Shown here: one piece after another, positions 31,057 to 42,600 of the stretch
How the letters are laid out: each line of letters opens with the position of its first letter
How positions within the stretch are numbered: the stretch's first letter is position 1
From: Bacilli bacterium
GTDB lineage: Bacteria > Bacillota_I > Bacilli_A > RFN20 > DUOF01
Length of the DNA: 64,000 bases
Assembly (NCBI GenBank): GCA_045128835.1
Contig: JBGVRX010000011.1
Location: 31,548-95,547 of the forward strand
Direction: 5' to 3'
Notes under the pieces: generated by a model
What the model was told of the DNA's origin: nothing
Seen by the model: the letters and a program-made list of their open reading frames with translations, nothing else
Database searches by the model: none
Position numbers and translations under genes: made by a program

Positions 31057-31285
31057 CAAAAAAAGTCCCTATTTAACAAATAGGAACTTGAAATTTCATA
31101 CAAGCGGTACCATCCTAATTTATAGATTTCTCTATACACTTAATTGACTATTAACGCTAGTTACACGAAAATGGATACTCAATTCCCCATTTTTCTTCCA
31201 GAGTGTCCCAACTAGTTCAGTAATAAGTGCTTTCACCTAACCACTCTCTCTTACAATTACCTACCTAATCTTCTTTCCTTCATTA
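31057..31285 (-). promoter_or_regulatory. T-box riboswitch (probably Asp-specific) for the hisS-like/aspS operon
   Basis: AGAGA and GTGAA stem I motifs, specifier GAC-A (31205-31207), AGGATGGTACCGC antiterminator (TGGTACC 31106-31112), terminator agttcctattt...aaatagggact plus T-run. Confidence 0.85.
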
Positions 31286-31298
31286 GATTTACCCTTAT

Positions 31299-31326
31299 AT
31301 TTTATCATGTATTTTTCTTTTGTCTA
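31299..31326 (-). promoter_or_regulatory. sigmaA promoter of the T-box leader
   Basis: TAGACA-16-TAAAAT with extended TG. Confidence 0.6.
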
Positions 31327-31331
31327 CTATT

Positions 31332-32954
31332 TTAATTTTTATTTTTTATCTCTTTGTAATAATCATAATTACCATTATATACAGTTAAATTACCATTATT
31401 AAACTCTACAACCTTGTCTGCGAATTTATTAATAAAATATCTATCGTGTGAAACAAAGATAAATGTTCCTTTAAATCCCTCTACAGCCCTCTCGAGAACT
31501 TCTTTTGTCGAGATATCAATATGATTCGTAGGCTCATCAAAAATAAGACAATTAACCTTACTTTGAAGCAATATTGCAAGTTTTAGTCTAACCCTTTCTC
31601 CACCTGATAAATTTTTAATAAATTTATTTACATCCTCTTTAAAAAAGTGAAAACTAGCTAATATTGCCCTGCTTTTCTGTTCATCTAAACAAGTTTCATT
31701 TTTAAAATAATCTAAAACCTTAACTTTTTCTCCATCAAAAGTAATTACTTGTGGCAAATAGCCTATATTTACACTTGGCCCAATGGAAAAATTGCCTAAA
31801 TATTCTAAATCGCTCACACCTAAAACAACTTTAAGGAATGTTGACTTTCCACTTCCATTATCTCCAATAAAAGCCACTTTTTCTCTTGATTTTATTATCA
31901 GCGAAACATCGTCTAATATTAAATCACCATTAGGTTTCATAACACTTAAGTTTTCTGATTTTAGAACTATTTCGCTTCCTCTTTTAGTCTCATTAAAGTC
32001 TACAACCAATTCTCTTTGTTCTTTGGGCTTTTCTACTTTTCTTTCTAAGATTCTATTTAAACTAGTTTGCAACGCTTTTGCCCTATTACATAATGTTGAA
32101 CTGTTTGTTGCCATTCCTCTTTCGGAAAAATATTTAATTTGTTCTTGCAAACGCTTTATAACTATCTGTTGATTTTTATAGTCTGATAGTTGTTTTTGAA
32201 ATTCTTTTTCCCTTTCAACTAAATAACCACTGTAATTTGTGTTGTAAACTTTAGCTTCTATATCACTTAAATCTAGTATTTTAGAAGACATTTTATCTAA
32301 AAAATATCTGTCATGAGAAACAATAACGCAAGCCCCTTTAAAACTTTTTATGTACTTTTCTAACCATTCAACCCTAGAAATATCTAAATGGTTTGTAGGT
32401 TCATCCAAAAGCAATAAATCCGGTTTTAAAAGAAGAACTTTTGCTAGTTGAACTAACGTTTTTTCTCCGCCACTTAAAGAATTATAATTCTGATTTAGTA
32501 AAAAATCGCTTATGCCTAAACCGCTACAAACTGTATTTATTCTAACATCAACATCATATCCACCAAGAGAAGAATATTCTTCTAAAAGTTTGCAGTATGA
32601 TTCTAAATATTTTTCACTGTCTTCTTCCATTAATTTTTCATATTTTTTTATTCTATTCATTAAATTATTTATTTCTTTGAAAGTTTCTAAAAGGATATCT
32701 TTTACAACCCTATCATCACTCTTATCAGAAATAATTTGATCTAAATAAGCAACGGTAGCATCTTTCTTTATGCTGATGCTACCGTTGTCTAATCTTTCTT
32801 CTTTTGCAATTAATCTTAATAAAGTAGACTTACCACAGCCATTATGGCCTACAATGGAAATGGATTCTCCTTCATTTAAAGAAAATGTTACATTTTCAAA
32901 CAAAGATCCATATCCAAAATTCTTACTAACTTTATTAACGTCTAATATTATCAT
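31332..32954 (-). CDS. ABC-F family ATPase
   Basis: Two NBDs (GHNGCGKS/LSGGE/DEPTNHLD; GDNGSGKS/LSGGE/DEPTNHID), helical linker, no TM. Confidence 0.92.
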   Translation of the reverse strand: MIILDVNKVSKNFGYGSLFENVTFSLNEGESISIVGHNGCGKSTLLRLIAKEERLDNGSISIKKDATVAYLDQIISDKSDDRVVKDILLETFKEINNLMNRIKKYEKLMEEDSEKYLESYCKLLEEYSSLGGYDVDVRINTVCSGLGISDFLLNQNYNSLSGGEKTLVQLAKVLLLKPDLLLLDEPTNHLDISRVEWLEKYIKSFKGACVIVSHDRYFLDKMSSKILDLSDIEAKVYNTNYSGYLVEREKEFQKQLSDYKNQQIVIKRLQEQIKYFSERGMATNSSTLCNRAKALQTSLNRILERKVEKPKEQRELVVDFNETKRGSEIVLKSENLSVMKPNGDLILDDVSLIIKSREKVAFIGDNGSGKSTFLKVVLGVSDLEYLGNFSIGPSVNIGYLPQVITFDGEKVKVLDYFKNETCLDEQKSRAILASFHFFKEDVNKFIKNLSGGERVRLKLAILLQSKVNCLIFDEPTNHIDISTKEVLERAVEGFKGTFIFVSHDRYFINKFADKVVEFNNGNLTVYNGNYDYYKEIKNKN

Positions 32955-32995
32955 TTTAACACCTCATTTCTAGTTTAATGAAAGTGTATAAAAGC

Positions 32996-33655
32996 TTATT
33001 CTACTGTTGGTAAACTAAATTTGATAACTTGAGTGTATCCAACTTTAATAGAAACGATAACTTTATTACCATTCTCTGCCTTATATTCTAAAGCAATATT
33101 TTTAACCTTATCAGTATTACTTATTTCTATACTTAATTTAACTTCAGAAACTCCTTCTACATCAAATCCAAAGAAATTATCTAAAGCATCATCTTTTAAA
33201 GGACCTTCAAGGAATTTATTTCCGCCCTCTTCTTTAATGCTGTAATTTTTAAATATATCTTCACTTATAGAAACACCTATATTTGCAGAAGAATTTTCTT
33301 TTTGTTTAATTTTCCATTTACCATTCTCTTGATAATAGAAATCATTACCATTTTGATAATATACTTCTTCTTTCTCGTCGTACAAATTTTCACTGTCTAA
33401 ATCTGCTATAGACTCAGTATTAACAACGATTCTATACTTTTCTTCATTTAAGTAGACATTTTTCTCTTCTTTATATAACAACAAATTCTCATTATATATT
33501 TCTTGAGTAACAACATAATATCTATAACCTTCGATATCATTCACCTTATCTTTAAAGAAGGTGAAATTAAGTTTATTGCAGCTACATCCACTGAAACAAA
33601 TAATACTAATTAATAAAACTAATAAATTTAATACCTTTTTCATAATTTCACTCAC
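32996..33655 (-). CDS. Hypothetical lipoprotein
   Basis: Signal peptide ending FSGC; beta-rich body; directly follows the giant protein. Confidence 0.65.
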   Translation of the reverse strand: MSEIMKKVLNLLVLLISIICFSGCSCNKLNFTFFKDKVNDIEGYRYYVVTQEIYNENLLLYKEEKNVYLNEEKYRIVVNTESIADLDSENLYDEKEEVYYQNGNDFYYQENGKWKIKQKENSSANIGVSISEDIFKNYSIKEEGGNKFLEGPLKDDALDNFFGFDVEGVSEVKLSIEISNTDKVKNIALEYKAENGNKVIVSIKVGYTQVIKFSLPTVE

Positions 33656-33661
33656 CCCTTC

Positions 33662-36600
33662 TTATAAAGACTCAAATCTTCTTTTTGTAATAAATAGAAC
33701 TGCAAGCATTGGAATAACCACCATAGACATTATTACACCAAATTCTACAAAATCAGCCAATTTATTTGATGTAGTTAAATTTTCTTCATAACTATCCATC
33801 GCCTTTTCAAATTTAGTTTTTAAAGTTTCATAGAATTCCAACTTTTGTGCATCCAATTCTTTTACATTTACATCTTTTAAATTCTTTTCTATTTCCTTGA
33901 TTAATTTCAAGTTTTTCTCATTAACTTCATCTGTTAATTTATCTATGCTTTCATGAATAATGCTAGGATTTTTTGTTGTTTTAATTTCATAAATAACTGG
34001 ATCACTTGCATACATCAAATCACTTTCTTTAACTCTTACACTAATTCTATAACTAGTATTTTCTCTAAGTCCTGTAAAGATGTTTGAAGAAGTATATTCA
34101 CCATTGTCTATACGGTACTCTAAATCCATTTGAAGTTCTACAATTATCCTATTATGATAAATGTCTAGAGTTACTTCTTTAGAAGTTCCTTTAGCTTTTT
34201 TAACTTCAATTTCAATATTAACATCAGCAGAATCATTCTTAGTATTAACAACTACATTTATTACGTATGTTCCTGGGTTAACAATTGAGTTAACTTCATT
34301 TGTACCACTTAGATACTTAATTACACATTCATATCCTCCACAATCAACAACAGGCACGATATTTTCACCTGTGTAATCGTATTCTGTTTGTTCAACTGTA
34401 ATACTGTCTTTTACATCTCTCTTGTTGATAACAACTGTAATGTCTTCGTAATCTTTTGGTAAACAATAATTTGTATCATCTACTATAACTTTAATTGTAT
34501 ATGAACCTACATTAATACGATTTCCCTCATATTCTACATGTGCCTCTCCAACAAGAGTAACATCTAAAATTTGCTCTGTTCCATCATAGTAGAACTCTGC
34601 GTTTTTATCGTAATTAATTTCAATTGGTTTAGGATTAATAACAAAATATACTTCATCCTCACTAATAGATAACACATAATTACTTCCTGCATCTAAGGTA
34701 CCCAAATTGATTAGATATTCGCCAACATCTTCGCCGCTTTCTCTTCCTAAAGTTCCATCAATTGAATCACCTTCAAATAAATCTTCACTTAAAATATATT
34801 CGATATTTGGATTTGTATCACCAAATGTTTTTGAAGTTTGTACAGGAGTAACTTCAATTGCTTTTGGAACAATTGTTAATGTTATTGTGTTATTGTCACT
34901 TAATTTGTAGTTAGCAGCATCTTCACCTTCTATTGAAACAACTTTAATTGTATAGACACCAGCACCAACCATATCTTGGACTTTTTCATTTCCTCTATAA
35001 TACTCATATACTACTACAGCATCGTCAAACACATCAATATTGCTAGTTGTTATATCATTTACAAATGAACAAGCACAATATGTTTGTTCTTTATCTACAA
35101 AATTATCAAACGCTACTTCTAATTGAATAATTTCAAAGTTAATAACACTATTGATAATTCTATAATTGTTATTAACTGGCTTAATTGTCATCGTGTATTT
35201 TCCCACATTTACTGGTGCTTCACCATCTTCAGTATTAAATGCCATCTCATAACTTTCACTACTGCTGATTGTAGGATGTTGTTTGTTAGCGTTATAAACC
35301 AAAGTTGTTGCGCCATATTCTACAACAAGTCTTTTTTGTACAACAGTTATTGTCTTTGATGAAACTACAGATATATAGTTATTCAAATCATCATCTATTT
35401 GGGCTAGAACAATATATTCTCCTAATCCAAGAATCTTATCAACTACAACTTTATCCTTTAAAACAATGTATGTAACTGTTGCGTTTCTTCCATCTGCAAA
35501 AGCAATATTATCTAATCTATAATCTACGCCAGCAGAACTATATTCATACTCTTCACTAACTGTTCCATAACCTAAAGTGTTTTCAGCTTTTTTAACCTCA
35601 ATTATAGCAGTTAAAACTAACTCATTATAGTTGCGATTTCTCATAATAGCTTTAACCTCATATGTTCCTGCATTTACAATATTTTGAATAACATCTTCTT
35701 CAACATAATATACTACATCAGCTTCATTATTATCGCTAAGTATTTTATTGCTTACACCAAATTCTACATTTTTACCATCATAAGTAACAGTAACATCTTC
35801 AAATGTTACACCCTCAATGTCTAACTTATTGATTGTATAGATGCCATCTTCGAAATAAACAGCATATTGATCATTATCATATGTTCCTGAGATTAAATAT
35901 GTTCCCGCATTCAATCCATCTTCTTTAGTTAAAACAATATTCAAATCATCACCTTCAACAACAGTTCCAGTTGTTGTATATGTAAGCAATTTCAATTCTT
36001 CTAAATAATCACTTTCTTTATTGTCTATCTTAATATGCAATTCTCTTTGAGTAATTTCATACTCTCCATTAACAAAAGTAATATCATAATTGCTATTGTC
36101 ATACGTTGCAGTAATAGCATATTTTCCTACAGTTTTGCCCTCTTCCTTAATTAATTGTAGATTTAACGAAGCCTCACTATGAACTACTCCACTTGTTATT
36201 TGATATGTTAATGGTACTATAGGGTCTCCATATGAACTTATCTTATTATCAATTGTTATTGCAACAACTGATTTTTCAATAACTAAAGTAATAACCTTTT
36301 CACATCCATTGTATACTTGCGTACTTACAAATTCAATCTTAACTGAATAAGTACCCACGCCGATAGCGCTATCAACTGTTTCACCATTTTTAGTATAAGT
36401 ATAGTTAAATGTTGGATTTAAAACTTCATCACCATTTGCATCTTTTAATTTAACCTTTGCGTATTTCCCTATAAAATCTGTTCCTCTATAAACATACGTT
36501 ACTGTATCATCTGAAATAATTTCTGTGTCAATTCCTACTATTTTTAAAGTTCCTTCATTAAGAGTAATATTATAATTTTCTTCTAATTCAAGATCATTAT

Positions 36601-39600
36601 TCAATACTATTAATAAATCATAAACTCCACACTCTAGGTTTGCACTCAACTCATAATGAACATTATCTTTTACAATACTATAAATGACTTGAACCTTATC
36701 ATCTCCTAGAACTCCACTAGAACTAATAATGATGTTTGGAACACTTTCCTTATATGAAATTTCATAATCTGCAATACTAATCGTTAAATCTGCCTTTGTA
36801 ATTGTGAAAGTTTTTGATTGTGTTTCTTCAGTTGCTTTATAATTTTCATTTTCAAAAACAACACTTACCACATATTCACCAGCATTTTTAATTGAATCAA
36901 AATTAAATCCTACAGAAATATTATTGCCATCTTCAACATAATAAGCGCTAATATCATTGATTCTTTCTTCTCCTGTATAAGTTCCAGATATTTCGCCTTC
37001 CCAAATAACTTCCACTTCTTTTGGATTAATTACTAAATTCTCTACACGAATTTCTCCCAAGTTATAATATTCGCTATTAGTTATATCAAAACTAGCAGCA
37101 ACTCTATAAATACCTGCATTTATAGGCTCTACAGCATTACCTTGTTCATCAATATAAACTATTGTTAAATTACTTATTGTATCATTAAATTTATTAGCAA
37201 ATTCTATTTTTAAATCTAATTCTTTCTTTGCACCATCATACTCAAATTCATGTTGTTCAACAGTTGCTGTCAATGTTTTACTCCTAAGAGGAACTGTAAA
37301 TGTAATATATTCGTTATACACAACAGTTTCGCCTTTAGTTGAAGCAAATACTTCTTTAGATTTTATTGTTACATTGCGTTCAACAATATCTTCTAAGCTA
37401 TAATCAAATTCAATAGTCTTTTCTTCTAAGTTACCACTCAAATACTCAACAATTACTTCAACAATTGCTTCATCACCATAAATAATTTCTAAATAAGTAT
37501 CCTTTAATCTTATATCTTTTACAATTACATCTAACCAATCATTTAGATCTTCTTCTCGAATATTATTTGCCTCTAAATAATTATTGTAATATTCTAGAGT
37601 TTCCTCACTAACATTTTCAGCAGTATATCTATTATTCAATAAATTATATTTAGTTTTAATAGCATTAGCCTTATAGATAAATTCCTCGCTAGCACCATTC
37701 AATTCATCAAAAGCAGTCTTATATTCATCTAACATTAAAGTAATTCTTTTTAAAGTAACTTTTTCGATAACTCTATATGTTTCATGAACAAGTTCTGTAT
37801 CAACAAAAACCAATTCATCTCCTAATAAGTCATCTTCACTTAAATTAGCATTTAATGTAAGTTCTTCCGTACTACCATCAGAGAATGTAACGATTCCTTT
37901 TAAAATCCATTCATTTTTACTATCCACTTCAAGAACACTATTATCTGCATCAAATTCAACACTCTTTGGAACTAATATTTGTCCAACAAAAGTTGAATTC
38001 AAAGTATATTCTTTTTCAACTAATAAAGCGCCGCTAATAACAGAAGCATATAAGTTGTCGTTATTCATAGCAAAAATTATCAATCCGCTATCATCACTAA
38101 CATATTTTTGACCATCAATTGTAAGTTCTACATCTTTTTCTCCAACACTTAGAGTATAATAATTTTCTAATTTAGAGTTCTCATCAGATGCATTAACATT
38201 GCTTATTCCAAAGAAAACATAATTTACACTTTCTTTATTTCCGTTTTTTCTTGCTAAACCATAGTTTTTATTTACGCCAGAATAATAAACATTAGAACCT
38301 CTACCAGAGAAGAATACAGAAGAATCAAACTCTGCATAGTTCGTACAATCTACAAATGTAGCTTTGATACTATCTAAACTAATAAGTAATGCAGTTGATT
38401 TATCTGCATTCAATTCCATATAGTTAGTAATATTTCTAAATTCTATTTCGCTATTTGCTCCAACAAATTCACCAACAAAAGCAGCATAATATTTAGCAGT
38501 AATATTTCCCTTTAATGTTAAGTTTTTAATAATAGTTGCCGCATCAGAAGAAGCATAATTTATAAATGCACCTAATCTTGAATTTGCATTATTCATCGCT
38601 AATGTTATTTCTTTGTAATTTCCATCTATACTACCCATATAAGGGAATGCTTTACTAATCGCCAATCCTTTGAATGAACTAGATGTGAAGTCTAAATTTG
38701 CTCCTAACACAAAATTAATAGTTAAGTTAGAAACTCCATAAGTGTAATAATCACCTAAAGTTACAGGAATTCCGTAATTAATTATTAAAGATAAATGTTC
38801 AAATGTTGTAACATCACTAACAGTAACTGTTAAGTATGAAGAAACCTCAACACCATCCAATTCTACAACACTATATAAACTCGAATTTGTATCAACGTCT
38901 AAATTTTCCAAATCACTTGAGTATGACTTAACTGTATCCAAATCAATAGCAATATCTTTTGAAACAATGCGATTATCCTCTAAATCAAAAACTTCATAGT
39001 ACTTATGAGTTCCATCACTCATAACAAATAAAATTACATATCCTGAAACGCTTGCATAATTTCCATATAGGTTGTTTCCTTCATTAGTATTAAATACAAC
39101 ATCAACACTAAAGTTTCCGTTATTTAGAGAAACTTCAAATCCCTCTTTTACTAAACCTAATCCAAACAATCTTGCAGATACAACTTCATTTGTACTTGTA
39201 TAACTACCGCTAATCTTGTGAATTGAATTTTGAATATATAAATCTTCATCAGAAACTATAATTCCTAAGGAACTCTCTTCAACATAATTATTAGAAAGTT
39301 TTACATTTCCTGAAACTACTACGTTGCTTAGCGTAGCGTAATTTGAATAACCAATAGCACCGCCAACAAAGCCAGTTCCCTCAACATCTACAGATGCAGT
39401 ACTGTTATAAAAACTTCCCCCAACACCACTTAATCCACCTGTGGCACTTTGATAAATAGAAGAAACTTTAACGCTACCACTCGCACTAACTTCATGGAAT
39501 GATGCATTTTGTGCTTGTCCAACAATACCACCAGCAACAAGCAATAATTCTTCATCATCAACATATTGCAACGAAATGTTTGTGTTAATAACTTTAACAT

Positions 39601-42600
39601 TTGCTATTTCAGTGTTATTAATATACCCTGCAAGAGTTCCTACAATTAAACCTCCAGTAATAGCAGGATTCTCAATAGTCAAATTTTTAATAGTTGCATC
39701 ACTAACAACCCCAAATAATCCATTGAATTGTCCTGAACTAATTACTAAACCTGTAACTTTAAAGTTACCTCCATCAAAATGTCCAGTAAATGGAACATCA
39801 TATGTTCCAATTCCAATCCATTCACCACTCAACTCTAAATCATGTCTTAAAACATAATAATAGTACTCTCTAATATTTGAAATTTCTTTAAATTGTTCTA
39901 CACTGAAAATTTCATAAGGATTTTCATATGTACCATATCCAGTAGAAATAGAAGTGCCCTCAATTCCTTGATTATAATAATAAGTATTAAAATTAGTAAC
40001 TCCATTCGAAATAATTAAGGTACTCTTACCACGTTCATTTAAATTTAATTCAATAACATTATCAAACTCAAGAACTTGACCATTTAGTGTATATGTATAG
40101 CCAGCTACACCTTTAACAAATATTTTAGTTGAATTTGTGGAATTAATAGTTTTATATTCGAAATCGCTAACACTAATTTCGTCTAATTTTTCTAGCATCG
40201 CCTCAAAGTCAAATGGTGATTCAGCAGTTCCCTCACCTTCAACTAAATTTAGAATACTTTCTTCACTAACAAAAGAAAAATCTTTCATGTACAAATAGTC
40301 TGTATCACTGTAATAATATTCTCCATCTACCTTAATAGTAACAAAATGATCATCACTATCGTAAAAAGAAGTTTTTAAAGTGTGCCACTCATTAACAGAA
40401 TAATTATCATCATTAACATTTATGCATTCCATTAAATCTATACAAATAGTTATAGTTAGATTTGTATGAGTAAAATATTTGAAAGACATATTAAAATAGC
40501 CCTTGCCAGATGAGCGTAAAGATAAAATTTCTCCATTTAATTCTGTACATTCAGGATTAATAGAAACTACGCTCTCATTATCTACTTCCGTTAAAACAAA
40601 CCCCAAAGAAGAACTATAACTTATATTTTCATCAGTAATTAGATGAGCATTGTATTTAAATGATATTTCTAAATCATCGAAACCAACTTCTGACACTATA
40701 ACAATTATATCATTTGTATATTCTAAATATTCACTCAAATTATAGTTTCCATCTACATTAGGATTAACTATATTTCCGTTAATCTTAACCACTACAGATT
40801 GAGACTCTAATAATTCTTCAAAAACAATAACTGGATTTGTATTTTCCCAATCAAAATAAATAGTATCTGTTCCAACACGGAAATCACTTCCACCAATTGT
40901 AGCCCCTACAAATTCAGCATAAAGTTTTTCTTCAAACATCAAACTTCCAAAGTAAACAGCATCTATTTCATCATTCCCGTATGCATCTTTTTCATAACTA
41001 AAAGTAACAACATCATTTTCAAATAAATTCAAACGAACTCTTTTCCAAATTCTAGAATTGCTTGTTTTTAATACAACTTCATCATTTACTTTTACTATTA
41101 ATAAGTCTCCATCTTCAGTTAATGCCAAATATTCAAAATCTAATATTCCTCTAGCAGGAGCAATAAATGACATCGCTGAAGTAGTATTAGACAGCCCTTT
41201 AATATTAGATCTTATAATTTCGTCTCCATCATAGATATCTCTAACGAAAGGATTTACTTCATCATTAATAAAAAATGAATCCCCAACTAATTTTTCTTCA
41301 TACAAATAAAATAAAATTGTTCTAGAAATTGTTTCACCGCTACTAAAAGCAACCTCTACAGCATTTGCCTCACGTAAACCACTTAGCACATAAGCGCTTT
41401 TTTCTTCATTATATTCTACTTTAATACCGTTTATCGAAACAAGAACAGTAACATCTTCTTCAACTTCTCCTACTGTAACATTATACTCTTCGTTTTTATC
41501 TATAACTACTTTAGAACCGTTAACAACTATTTCGTTATTTACTTTTACTTCTGCAACTGAGCTAAATTCAACAGCATCAAAAGCAACATTTTTCAAGTAA
41601 AAACAATCATCCCCAACTGCATATGCTCCATTGTTAGAATAATATGAAAAAATAATTCGATAGTTCTTAACTTCGTAAAAATTAAGTGAAACATTAGTAA
41701 ATCTATCAAAATTTCCTGTTTCTTCAATTATTTTGTCACCAGCAACATAAACTCTGAAATAATCAAAATTTTCTCTTCCTGACATTAAGTAACTGAAAGA
41801 GAATACACCACTACCAAAAACATCCATATATAACTCAGAATAACTTCCATCTTTAGTGTTAGTTGATTTGATAGCTACATCACCATCATATTCTTCCAAT
41901 ACATACATATTTTTAGAATCATTTACAAATGTTAAACCATTGCTAGCCACTGTGTTTAAAGAAGCGTTGTAAATCAAAGAAAAGTTTCTTGTTTTATAAG
42001 ACTCTAAATTATATGAAATCTCTATATTATTATTAATTTTATAGTTTTCATTATTTTTCAAATTGTAAGAAAATTCACTCCCTACAACTTCAACACCATT
42101 TAATTTAACAACAACATTGTAGTTTGTAGCATTTGCAAAAGAAAGAATTCCAGAATTTGATTCATAAGTATAATAAATTATAGACTCAGAATTATACGCT
42201 ACACCATCAATAGAAAAATTTAACAAAGGTGAATATAAAGTGTTATCAAAACTCAAACCCTTCAAGTAACAGCAATCATCGCCTCTCGAATTACTAATAT
42301 CCTTACTATATTCAACAACAATAGAATTTGTTTGATTTTCTTCGCTATACCAAGAAAATTTCTTCCAAACGCCTTCATTACCGCTATCAGTAACCATTTC
42401 AGCTCCATTAACAGAGATTGTTATAACATCCCAACTTTGTTCACTTGAAACAAGATAATCAAAACTAATTTCACCAATTCCGGTAAAAGTAAGGGTTAAA
42501 GTTGATTTGGTTTCATCCTCTCCTACATTTGTACTCTTGATGACATTAGTTTCATCTTTAATTGCATTTTCAAAAGGATAATCACCTTTACTAGTTACTG

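Noticed and set aside
31038-31139. N-terminal extension of the hisS-like ORF in the ORF track
   Set aside because: It overlaps the T-box antiterminator and terminator; the real RBS precedes ATG 31037.
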